A stretch of 64,000 nt of DNA from an uncultured Pelagibacteraceae bacterium (GTDB lineage Bacteria; Pseudomonadota; Alphaproteobacteria; Pelagibacterales; Pelagibacteraceae), in assembly GCA_902622805.1 (NCBI GenBank), contig CACNRG010000001.1, positions 89,285 to 153,284 of the forward strand, read 5' to 3'. Shown here one piece after another: positions 16,589 through 25,596 of this stretch; within the stretch, counting starts at the first letter, position 1; each line of letters starts with the position of its first letter. The notes under the pieces are model-generated. The model searched no databases, was not told the DNA's origin, and saw nothing but the letters and a program-made list of their open reading frames with translations. The position numbers and the translations under genes were made by a program.

Positions 16589-19276
16589 ATGTTAAAAAGA
16601 GATCTTTACTATGAGAGAATTCCAACAAAGTCTTTAAGAGACGATGTAAGATATTTAGGTAATATTTTAGGAAGAGTTGTAAAAGAACAAGAGGGGGAAA
16701 AATTTTTTGAAATAGTTGAAAAAATAAGAAAATTATCTAAAGCAAATAAAACAAATCCCAATACAAATCAAACAAATCGAAAAGTAATAAGGGCTATAAA
16801 AAATCTAAGTCCAAAAAATACATTTAAATTAACTCGAGCTTTTAAACATTTTATGAATTTTATTAATTTGGCAGAATTGATCGATGTATCAAGAATTTTA
16901 AATGAGTATGAAAATAGTAAAAAGAAATTATCTAATAATAATTTATTTATTGAAGAAATATTTGAAGATCTTTTTAATAATAAAGATATTTCAGAAAATA
17001 AAATTTATGATACCGCAAAAAATTTAAATATAGGTATAGTTTTAACTGCTCATCCTACTGAGGTAAAAAGAAGAACTTTAATTCAAAAATACCACAAGAT
17101 AATTGAAATTCTTGAAGAAAGAGACCTTTTAAAAAATTTTCCATCAAAAGTAAAAATACTGGATAAAAAACTTTTTGATGAATTGACAATAATTTGGAAT
17201 ACAGATGATCTAAAAAGAGTTAAACCATCACCGTTTGATGAAGCAAGATGGGGCCTTGCTATAATTGAAGATAGTCTTTGGGATACTATTCCTAAAGTTT
17301 ATAGAAGATTAAATTCAATTTTTGTTCAGAATATGGATAAAGGATTACCTAAAAACTTTAATCCTATTGAGTTTGGATCGTGGATGGGTGGTGATAGAGA
17401 TGGCAACCCAAATGTTACTGCGGATGTTACTAGAAAGGTGATTTTATTATCAAGATGGGAAGCTGCTAAATTGTATGAAAAGTCGCTTACAAAAATTATC
17501 AGATCTTACTCAATGGAAAAATGTTCTAAAAAAATAAAAAATAAAGTAGGCAATTCTTATGAGCCCTATAGAGTTTTTTTGAGACCTCTTCGAGATAAAA
17601 TGAGAATTACTCACAGAGCTATTGAACAACACTTAGTAAACAATAAACCCTTAGATCAAAAAAAATTACTAAGTTCACGTGAGGAAATATTAAAACCATT
17701 AAGAATAGTTAGAGAGTCTCTTGAACAAAATCAAAATGAAAATATAGCAAGTGGAGAATTGCTAGATTTGATGCGAAGAGCAAAATGTTTTGGTATAAAT
17801 CTAGCTAGACTAGATATTAGACAAGAGTCATCAAGACACAGCCAATTAATCTCTGAATTTTTTAAGAAAAAATATAAAAAAAATTTTTTAAAGATGAGTG
17901 AAAAAGAAAAAATAAACTTTTTGAAATTACATATACGGTCAAAAAAAAGTTATATAAATAAATTTCAGTTTAAAAATAAAGAGAATAAAGAAGTTTGGTC
18001 AACATTTAAAATATTGGCTGACGAACCTCACGAATGTTTAGGAGCATATGTTATATCAATGACAACTTCGGCATCAGATATCTTGTCAGTTTCTTTTTTG
18101 CAAAAAGAAGCAAAAATTAAAAATAGTTTAAGAGTCGTTCCATTATTTGAAACTTTGGATGATTTAATCAATGCTAAAGGAATTATGGAAAGTTTATTTT
18201 CACAATCTTGGTACAGAAAATTAATTAAGAATAATCAAGAAGTAATGATTGGTTATTCAGATTCTAGTAAAGATGCAGGAAAAATTTGTGCTAGTTGGCA
18301 TCAATATAAAGCTCAAGAAGAAATAATAAAATTAGGAAAAAAATACAATATAAATGTAGTTTTTTTTCATGGAAGAGGTGGATCGGCAGGAAGAGGAGGA
18401 GGCCCAATTCAAGCAACATTGAGATCTCAACCGCCCAACTCCGTTAATGGAAAAATTAGAATTACCGACCAAGGAGAGGTTATTCAACAAAAATATGGTT
18501 ATGAACCTTTAGCAAAATATAACCTATGCAGCTACATAGGTGCGGTCACCGCAGCCACATTAAATCCACCCCCACATCCAAAAAAAGACTGGAGATCATT
18601 AATAGAAAAAATGTCCGAGATATCAAAAAACTCTTATAGAAAAAATATTAATCAGAGTTCAGATTTTATAAAATATTTTAAAACTGTAACACCTCATAGA
18701 GCATTAGGAAAACTCTCAATTGGATCAAGACCTTCAAAAAGAAAAAATGTTGATAATATAAAAAGTCTAAGAGCTATTCCTTGGGTTTTTGCATGGACGC
18801 AAATAAGATTAATGCTTCCTGCCTGGCTAGGAAGCGCCGAAGCTCTAAGATATTCTTATATTAAGCAATTTAGAAAAACTTTGTATGATATGGAGAGAAA
18901 CTGGCCCTTTTTTAATTCTATGCTTGATATGTTAGATATGGTCATTTCAAAAGCTGATCCTGAAATTTCAAAAATATATGAAGAGTATTTAGCTGATGAA
19001 AGTTTAAAAAGAGTTGGAAAAAGATTAAGATTTCAATTTGAAGTTATTAAAGATTTAAATAAAAAAATAACTCCTAAAGAAATAATTAATTCTAGAAAAC
19101 AATTTAGAACTTCAGTAATTGTAAGAAATATATATTCAGAAGTGCTAAATATTATTCAACCAATAGTGATTAAAAAATTAAAAAATAATCAAAACAATCT
19201 CAATAAAAAATTTTTAGATGATGCCCTTTTGACGTCAATAGCAGGTATTTCTGCAGCGATGAAAAACACTGGTTAA
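16589..19276 (+). CDS. ppc: Phosphoenolpyruvate carboxylase
   Basis: VLTAHPTE, SWMGGDRDGNP, VMIGYSDSSKDAG, FHGRGGSAGRGGG, LRAIPWVFAWTQ and C-terminal MKNTG. Confidence 0.95.
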   Translation: MLKRDLYYERIPTKSLRDDVRYLGNILGRVVKEQEGEKFFEIVEKIRKLSKANKTNPNTNQTNRKVIRAIKNLSPKNTFKLTRAFKHFMNFINLAELIDVSRILNEYENSKKKLSNNNLFIEEIFEDLFNNKDISENKIYDTAKNLNIGIVLTAHPTEVKRRTLIQKYHKIIEILEERDLLKNFPSKVKILDKKLFDELTIIWNTDDLKRVKPSPFDEARWGLAIIEDSLWDTIPKVYRRLNSIFVQNMDKGLPKNFNPIEFGSWMGGDRDGNPNVTADVTRKVILLSRWEAAKLYEKSLTKIIRSYSMEKCSKKIKNKVGNSYEPYRVFLRPLRDKMRITHRAIEQHLVNNKPLDQKKLLSSREEILKPLRIVRESLEQNQNENIASGELLDLMRRAKCFGINLARLDIRQESSRHSQLISEFFKKKYKKNFLKMSEKEKINFLKLHIRSKKSYINKFQFKNKENKEVWSTFKILADEPHECLGAYVISMTTSASDILSVSFLQKEAKIKNSLRVVPLFETLDDLINAKGIMESLFSQSWYRKLIKNNQEVMIGYSDSSKDAGKICASWHQYKAQEEIIKLGKKYNINVVFFHGRGGSAGRGGGPIQATLRSQPPNSVNGKIRITDQGEVIQQKYGYEPLAKYNLCSYIGAVTAATLNPPPHPKKDWRSLIEKMSEISKNSYRKNINQSSDFIKYFKTVTPHRALGKLSIGSRPSKRKNVDNIKSLRAIPWVFAWTQIRLMLPAWLGSAEALRYSYIKQFRKTLYDMERNWPFFNSMLDMLDMVISKADPEISKIYEEYLADESLKRVGKRLRFQFEVIKDLNKKITPKEIINSRKQFRTSVIVRNIYSEVLNIIQPIVIKKLKNNQNNLNKKFLDDALLTSIAGISAAMKNTG

Positions 19277-19620
19277 ATTGAGATTTCTCTAAGTCTTTTT
19301 AGATAATCTTCAAACTCTTTTATAAAACTTTGAGTTGGTTTGATTGATTTTTTCCTTTGATCATCTGAAATTTTTTCTAGGAAGAAAAAACCTTTTTCAC
19401 ATGCTTCATTAATCATAAGTGCAGATTTTGGTCTTGAAGTTTTAAATAGTTTTGATTTAAGTGCTTCAACAGTTAAATTTTCATCACATTTATGAGCATT
19501 CATCACAAGAAGCATCATATGGTAATGTGATGGTGATTTACGAAAAAAATAATTACTAGATGTATGAGATAATTTCATTTGATCTTCCCAAAAATTTAGC
19601 AATTCTTTTGTAGTTTTCAT
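19273..19620 (-). CDS. Hypothetical protein, possible winged-helix (MarR-like) DNA-binding fold
   Basis: 115 aa, starts immediately after the tdm stop. SRPKSALMINEACEKGFF...DDQRKKSIKPT resembles a wHTH recognition helix plus D-x-R wing. Confidence 0.6.
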   Translation of the reverse strand: MKTTKELLNFWEDQMKLSHTSSNYFFRKSPSHYHMMLLVMNAHKCDENLTVEALKSKLFKTSRPKSALMINEACEKGFFFLEKISDDQRKKSIKPTQSFIKEFEDYLKRLREISI

Positions 19621-21960
19621 TTAAGATCTAACTTTTGTTTTCTGAGGATCATAATGAGGGAATATAACTATTTTCGCTGGAATTCTTTTTTGATGGCCAT
19701 CAATTTTTCCAACTTCAACCTCAGTGCCAATCTCAGAATGACCAGCGTCAATTCTGCATAATGCAATATTTTTTCCTAATGTAGGGGACAAACACGCACT
19801 AGTGACTATACCAACTTGGGCTCTTCCAATATGCACACAATCTCCGTGATTAGCTTTTTCTTTTCCAATCAATTCTAAGCCAACTAACTTTTTTTGTGGG
19901 TTTTCTTTTCTTTTTATTAAATTTTCTTTACCAATAAAATCATCATTTTTTGTTTTAAGCGGAACTGCAAATCCTATACCAGCTTCAAAAGGATCTTGTT
20001 GTCCATCAAACTCATTGCCAAATAAAACTAGACCAGCCTCTATTCTTAGCAGATCTAAAGCACCAAATCCTGCAGGTATTAATCCGTCATCTTTTCCCGC
20101 CTCTATAACTTTATCCCAAACCTGAGGAGCATGATCTGGATGACACCAAACTTCATAACCAAGTTCTCCAGTATATCCAGTCCTTGATACAATGAGTGGA
20201 ATCCCATTTAATTCTTCCAATCTACAAATTGTAAATCTGAACCATTGTAATTCAGAAATTGTTGGTTGAGTTGGAGGAGTAAAGATTATCTTTTCTAAAA
20301 TTTTTCTACTGTTTGGACCTTGTACAGAAATATTATTAATTTGATCTGTTGAATTTTTAATTATTACCTTAAAATTTTTCTTTTTGGCTTGTTCTTTAAG
20401 CCATTCACCAGCATATTCATCCCCACAGACCCATCTAAATCCAGTGTCACTTAATCTTAACAAAGTTCCATCATCAAACATTGTACCGTTTTCATAACAC
20501 ATTGCAGAATAAACTATTTGTCCGACAGAAAGTTTTTTAATATTTCTTGTTAATGTATAGTTCATCAATTCTTCTGCATCAGGACCTATTATTTCAAATT
20601 TTCTCAATGAAGATAAATCGATTACAACTGCTTTTTCCCTACATGCGGTGTATTCATTGATCACACCATGTTTTGTATAGTCATTCGGCAACCAAAATCC
20701 TCTTGCATCTACAAAGTTTCTTGTTAGCCTCGAGGTTCTTTCGTAGAAACCAGTATTTCTTGTTAATTTTTTTTCAGAGTCTGTTTTCATTCTAAAAGCA
20801 AATGATTTTGTAAATTCTTTTTTTCGATCATAAGTTCTAACAAAAATATCTGTTGGATTCCATCCATTACAGCTATCTATATCACTAGGACAAGCTGTTG
20901 TACCACAAGTTAAATCTTTTAAAGCCCTGAATATTACATAATCACCTGGTCTAGCAAAAGATTCATCTGATAAAACTGAATTTTGACCACCAGCAGAGGT
21001 ATTAAAAAATAAATTTATTGCATGCCAACCTTTTTTCTTTTGAACCCCATATTTTTCCATTGCTTCATTTAAGTTATCAGAACAATTAGCATGACCAAAA
21101 TACCCTGCATCTTCATAATACTTAGATGTACAGGCAAGATTAAATGTATCATGAATACCAACTGTATCTCTAACGACCTCAACTAATGGTTCATGATCTA
21201 CATCATAAAATTTTGAAAATAATCCTGGTCCTGGAAAAGTATGACCCATAAAAGTTCTTGTTGTTTGCCAATCAAGACCATTTTCTTTTCCCTTATCTAA
21301 TTTTGATGTATCGTAAGCTATAAAATCAGAACATTGTCTTCCAGTGGGAGTAATTATTTGAATATAGTCACCTTCTTTTACTTGATAACCAATTGAAGTA
21401 GTTCTTGCTATATTTCTTTCATCGAGCGGATCATAAATTGGATCTGGTATGATAGTAAATTCTTTATCTTTTTTAATTTCTGCTCTAGTAATAAATACTG
21501 TAAGTTCTGTTGAGGGATTTTGCTCATGTACCATCATTTGATTTCCTGGTGCTGCAAAGATGCAGTAGCATTTATCTTTAGATTTTAACTTAATTTTTTC
21601 ACCTGCTTTAGTTTCTTTGTCAAAAACAATTGAAGATTTTGATTTTTCTATATTTAAGTTTCTTTTTTTTAATTGTAGTAAGGCTTGTAAAGATGGTTCA
21701 TCTTTCTTTAAAAGAATTTTTTTTATTTCTGAATTATCTTTACCTTCTTTTAAACTTAAAATTCCAGGCTCTGACTTACCATCTTTATTAAATACAGAAA
21801 TTTCGCAAATTTGATTTCCTTCATTATTGATTATTTCTATTTCATCATCTGGTAAAATTTGAACGCCTGTTAATCCTCCACCCTCAATCACATATCTTTC
21901 AACTCCAGGTGGTAAAGAATTTAAGCCTGGTTCTTTTATATTTAAAGAAGTTTGCGACAT
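19621..21960 (-). CDS. tdm: Trimethylamine N-oxide demethylase (DUF1989 + GcvT-type aminomethyltransferase domains)
   Basis: N-terminal DUF1989-like region (GRQCSD, HDTFNLAC, HANCSDN, ACPSDID) fused to a THF-binding GcvT domain (SRTGYTGELGYE, LRIEAG). Divergent from tmoX. Confidence 0.88.
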   Translation of the reverse strand: MSQTSLNIKEPGLNSLPPGVERYVIEGGGLTGVQILPDDEIEIINNEGNQICEISVFNKDGKSEPGILSLKEGKDNSEIKKILLKKDEPSLQALLQLKKRNLNIEKSKSSIVFDKETKAGEKIKLKSKDKCYCIFAAPGNQMMVHEQNPSTELTVFITRAEIKKDKEFTIIPDPIYDPLDERNIARTTSIGYQVKEGDYIQIITPTGRQCSDFIAYDTSKLDKGKENGLDWQTTRTFMGHTFPGPGLFSKFYDVDHEPLVEVVRDTVGIHDTFNLACTSKYYEDAGYFGHANCSDNLNEAMEKYGVQKKKGWHAINLFFNTSAGGQNSVLSDESFARPGDYVIFRALKDLTCGTTACPSDIDSCNGWNPTDIFVRTYDRKKEFTKSFAFRMKTDSEKKLTRNTGFYERTSRLTRNFVDARGFWLPNDYTKHGVINEYTACREKAVVIDLSSLRKFEIIGPDAEELMNYTLTRNIKKLSVGQIVYSAMCYENGTMFDDGTLLRLSDTGFRWVCGDEYAGEWLKEQAKKKNFKVIIKNSTDQINNISVQGPNSRKILEKIIFTPPTQPTISELQWFRFTICRLEELNGIPLIVSRTGYTGELGYEVWCHPDHAPQVWDKVIEAGKDDGLIPAGFGALDLLRIEAGLVLFGNEFDGQQDPFEAGIGFAVPLKTKNDDFIGKENLIKRKENPQKKLVGLELIGKEKANHGDCVHIGRAQVGIVTSACLSPTLGKNIALCRIDAGHSEIGTEVEVGKIDGHQKRIPAKIVIFPHYDPQKTKVRS

Positions 21961-22000
21961 TTTTATAATTCTACTTTTATATTATATAAATATCTTGTTG

Positions 22001-22029
22001 TTGACTATCATTTTACTTAGGCTCATACT
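22001..22029 (+). promoter_or_regulatory. Putative sigma70 promoter of tmoX
   Basis: TTGACT-N17-CATACT about 30 nt upstream of the ATG at 22060, with an AAAGGGG RBS. Confidence 0.55.
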
Positions 22030-22059
22030 CATATTCATAATTTTATGAAAGGGGAAATA

Positions 22060-23004
22060 ATGAGAAAAATAATATCATTATTATCAGCAGTGATAATTTC
22101 AGCTATTAGTTTTACTGGATTATCAAATGCGGATAGCAAAAAACCTATTGTCATCCCAACACATAACTGGTCAAGCCAAATAGTAATGGCTTACGTTATT
22201 GGTGGAATAATGGAAGACATGGGAAACAATGTAAAATATGTTAATGCTGACTCTCAAGCAGTATACGAGTCAATTAGAATTGGTGATGTAACTATATCTC
22301 ATGAGGTATGGGAATCTGCTTTTGGTAAATCGTTTACGACAGCATTAGATAAAGGTGGATTACTTGATTGGGGTGATCATGAAGCAAGAACACTTGAGGA
22401 TATGGGATATCCAAATTGGGTTGCTGAAAAAGGTTTATGTCCAGGATTACCAGACTGGACTGCTTTGAAAAATCCAGATTGTGCAAAAAACTTTACAACA
22501 CCTGACTCTCCAAATGGAAAAGGAAGAATGTTGGAAGGACCACAAACTTGGCATGGTGATTTAATTCCACAAAGAGTTGACGCTTTAGGTTTAGGAGATC
22601 TTTGGTGGGTTAAATTCGCTGGAAGTGCTGATGCACTTTGGGCAGAGTTAGCAGCAGCTGAAAAAGAGGGTAGAGGAACAATCATCTTTAACTGGACACC
22701 TAACTTTACTGATGGTGCTGGTTTTACGTTTATCGACTTTCCTCCATACACTGCAGGTTGTAGACCTGAAGATGGTGGAGATGGAAAATGTGGTTCACCA
22801 GATGGTTATTTGAAAAAAGCAGTTAATGCTGATTTTCCAAAAACTCATCCTGATGCAGCAGCAATGTTTAAAAAACTTTCTTTCTCAACAAGTCAAATTG
22901 GAGCAATGGCAGCTTTAGTTGACATTGACAAAATGACTCACGAGGATGCGGCTAAAAAATGGCTGAAGGATAATAAGAAAGTTTGGAAAGCTTTTACTAA
23001 ATAA
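22060..23004 (+). CDS. tmoX: TMAO ABC transporter substrate-binding protein (ProX/OpuAC family)
   Basis: Signal peptide, IPTHNWSSQ, HEVWE, CPGLPDW, FNWTPNF. Located between tdm and tmm. Start at 22060 preferred because of RBS spacing. Confidence 0.85.
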   Translation: MRKIISLLSAVIISAISFTGLSNADSKKPIVIPTHNWSSQIVMAYVIGGIMEDMGNNVKYVNADSQAVYESIRIGDVTISHEVWESAFGKSFTTALDKGGLLDWGDHEARTLEDMGYPNWVAEKGLCPGLPDWTALKNPDCAKNFTTPDSPNGKGRMLEGPQTWHGDLIPQRVDALGLGDLWWVKFAGSADALWAELAAAEKEGRGTIIFNWTPNFTDGAGFTFIDFPPYTAGCRPEDGGDGKCGSPDGYLKKAVNADFPKTHPDAAAMFKKLSFSTSQIGAMAALVDIDKMTHEDAAKKWLKDNKKVWKAFTK

Positions 23005-23026
23005 GGTTAAAAGCAATTAAATCTTT

Positions 23027-23063
23027 AAATCTCTCCCAACTATGTTGGGGGAGATTTTTTTTT
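23027..23063 (+). terminator. Rho-independent terminator after tmoX
   Basis: AAATCTCTCCCAAC-TAT-GTTGGGGGAGATTT stem (one G-U pair) running into a T tract. Confidence 0.85.
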
Positions 23064-23075
23064 AAACAAATTTAA

Positions 23076-23537
23076 ATGATCAAATATTTTTTTACTATAT
23101 TAATAAGTTTATTATTTTTTAATCAAACTTTAGCAAAAGATGTTAGTATAAACGAAAACATTGATCTCGTGTTTGTCTGTGATTTAGAAAAAAAAATAAT
23201 TAAAAATTCGGAATATAATTATCAAACTTTTTTAGCAAAAGATTTAAATGAAAAGGGTTTAGATAGTTTTAAAATTTTATCAAAAAAACCAGAAACACTT
23301 TTAATCAAAGGATTATCATCATTTCTCTCAGTTTCGTCAAAACTTAATGTCAAAGTAGTCAATAAAGATGTAGTTTTATTTAAATCAATTGATCAAGAAA
23401 AAAATTATTCTGAATCCGGTATTATCACAATAAAAACAGGTGAATTAATTCATGAAATAACGAAAAATATAAAAAGTGAAAACTCTGAAAAATATATTTC
23501 TATTTATTCATGTAGCAAAGATGACAAAAAAGTATAA
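23076..23537 (+). CDS. Hypothetical exported protein
   Basis: 153 aa, N-terminal signal peptide-like segment, two Cys near the ends. Confidence 0.65.
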   Translation: MIKYFFTILISLLFFNQTLAKDVSINENIDLVFVCDLEKKIIKNSEYNYQTFLAKDLNEKGLDSFKILSKKPETLLIKGLSSFLSVSSKLNVKVVNKDVVLFKSIDQEKNYSESGIITIKTGELIHEITKNIKSENSEKYISIYSCSKDDKKV

Positions 23538-23571
23538 TTTTTTTTTAATTAATTTTGTGTAAAATATTATT

Positions 23572-23949
23572 ATGAAAAAATACCTATTAGTAATAATTTT
23601 AAGTTTATTTATCAGTTCAATTGCAATAGCACGAAGCACAGGATGCAAAGAAGGAAATTGTGAAAACGGTTTTGGAAAATGGGTTTACACAGATAAAACC
23701 ACTTACGAAGGTGAGTGGGTAGGCACGAAAAAAAATGGTCAAGGAGTTGAAACTTGGCCAAACGGATACATCTATAAAGGCGAGTTCAAAAATAGTGAAT
23801 GGAGTGGAGTAGGTATTTTGACCTTTCCTGATGGCTCAACTTATGAAGGTGAATGGGCAAAAGGTTTTATGAATGGAAAAGGAACTTTTACTTGGTCCGA
23901 TGGAACTCAAAAAACTGGGACATGGAAAAATGGAAAGTTACAAGAGTAA
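23572..23949 (+). CDS. Exported MORN-repeat protein
   Basis: Signal peptide, then CKEGNCENGFG and repeated YEGEW..G..NG.G motifs. Confidence 0.85.
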   Translation: MKKYLLVIILSLFISSIAIARSTGCKEGNCENGFGKWVYTDKTTYEGEWVGTKKNGQGVETWPNGYIYKGEFKNSEWSGVGILTFPDGSTYEGEWAKGFMNGKGTFTWSDGTQKTGTWKNGKLQE

Positions 23950-24501
23950 ATGTTAAAAGAAAATTTTTTAAGTAAAATAAAATATTTACCTGAGACTACA
24001 AAGCAGTTTGGCGGATTGGTATTAATAATTTTGATTATATCGTTATCTTTTTTTGTTCTAAATATAAAGTTTGGTGGTGGCGATGAACTTGTTAGAAAAA
24101 TGAAGTTAGAAGAGGAGAGGATTGCTAAAGAAAAGAAATTAAGCGAATTAATTTCAAAATTGCCTTCAGGAATATTAGTAACTTTTGATGGTACAGATCA
24201 CTACAGGTTAACAGATGAAGTTTACGAGCAAGTATGTAAAGCTACAAAATTAATTCCACAACGTGCAATTATGGGTGCAAATTTTCTAAATTTTAGAGCA
24301 CATGAAATTTATACAATAAATGGGAATAAAATAGATGAGACATTTGTTAAGTGGGATGATGAGAAAAATAAGTGTTTTGCAGGCTTTACAGTGAGTGGAA
24401 ATAATGTTGGAGTTAACGAGTCAATAACTGTCAGTGGTGAAGCATTAAGTTTTTTAAGTACCGGAATTGATACAAGGGTTTATTATATTAAAAATTTTTA
24501 A
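23950..24501 (+). CDS. Hypothetical membrane-anchored protein
   Basis: 183 aa, one N-terminal TM segment. Abuts the MORN gene stop. Confidence 0.7.
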   Translation: MLKENFLSKIKYLPETTKQFGGLVLIILIISLSFFVLNIKFGGGDELVRKMKLEEERIAKEKKLSELISKLPSGILVTFDGTDHYRLTDEVYEQVCKATKLIPQRAIMGANFLNFRAHEIYTINGNKIDETFVKWDDEKNKCFAGFTVSGNNVGVNESITVSGEALSFLSTGIDTRVYYIKNF

Positions 24502-24564
24502 GGGGAAAGTAACAATATTATGGATTTAATTTTATCCTAATTTCATATAACTTAATTGAAATTT

Positions 24565-25593
24565 ATGTCTGAGCCAGTAATCAAATGTGAAAACGTATAT
24601 AAAATTTTTGGAGCAAATGCACAAAAAATGCTTAAAGACTCTAATGGCAATGTTGATGCTAAAACCTTTCAAGAAAATGGCTGTATTGTTGGAGTGAACA
24701 ATGCCTCTTTTGAAGTTTCAAAAGGAGAGATGCTAGTTGTAATGGGCCTCTCTGGTTCGGGAAAATCAACTTTATTAAGATGTATATCCAGATTAACTGA
24801 TGCAACAGGTGGAAAAATTTTTATAGAAGGTCAGGATCTTTTACAACTAAATAATAAAGATCTTATAGATCTTAGAAGAAATAAAATGGGAATGGTTTTT
24901 CAAAGCTTTGCTTTACTTCCACATAAAACTGTTGTGGAGAACATAGCGTTTCCACTTCAGATTAAAGGAGTTAAAACTGAAGACAGTATTAGCAAAGCAA
25001 TGGATATGGTTAAACTAGTTGGTCTTGATGGTAGAGAAAACTATTTTCCTAGAGAACTTTCAGGAGGACAACAGCAAAGAGTAGGAATTGCAAGATCTTT
25101 GGCAGTTGAGCCTGATATTTGGTTTTTAGATGAACCTTTTTCAGCTTTAGATCCATTAATTAGAAAAGAGATGCAAGATGAGTTTTTAAGACTTCAAGAA
25201 AAGTTACAAAAAACAATTATGTTTATCACACATGATTTTGATGAGGCTTTAAAACTTGCTGACAGAATTGCAATAATGAAAGATGGAATAATTGAGCAGT
25301 TAGATACACCTGCTAATATTGTTTTAAACCCAGCTACAGAATATGTCAGAAAATTTACTGAGGAAGTACCAAGAGAAAAAGTTTTATTGATAGAGGATGT
25401 CATGGAAGCATCTAAAGATAATTTAGGTGACTTAAAAGTTTCAAAAGATGAAATCATAGAGAATGTTGCAGAAAAAATTCTAACTCAAGAAAAACCAGTT
25501 GCAGTGGTTGATAATGATAATAAAATTATTGGCTCTATTAATCCAACCAAAATTATCAATACAGTCTTTGGAGGTAGGAAAAACAATAATTAA
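24565..25593 (+). CDS. tmoW: TMAO/betaine ABC transporter ATP-binding subunit (ProV family)
   Basis: Walker A GLSGSGKS, LSGGQQQRV, Walker B FLDEPFSALDPLIR. Confidence 0.85.
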   Translation: MSEPVIKCENVYKIFGANAQKMLKDSNGNVDAKTFQENGCIVGVNNASFEVSKGEMLVVMGLSGSGKSTLLRCISRLTDATGGKIFIEGQDLLQLNNKDLIDLRRNKMGMVFQSFALLPHKTVVENIAFPLQIKGVKTEDSISKAMDMVKLVGLDGRENYFPRELSGGQQQRVGIARSLAVEPDIWFLDEPFSALDPLIRKEMQDEFLRLQEKLQKTIMFITHDFDEALKLADRIAIMKDGIIEQLDTPANIVLNPATEYVRKFTEEVPREKVLLIEDVMEASKDNLGDLKVSKDEIIENVAEKILTQEKPVAVVDNDNKIIGSINPTKIINTVFGGRKNNN

Positions 25594-25596
25594 ATT

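Noticed and set aside
13411-19620. Mobile-element boundaries around mcl-mtkAB-ppc
   Set aside because: No integrase, transposase, tRNA or flanking direct repeats were seen, and base composition looks similar to the flanks by eye (not computed).
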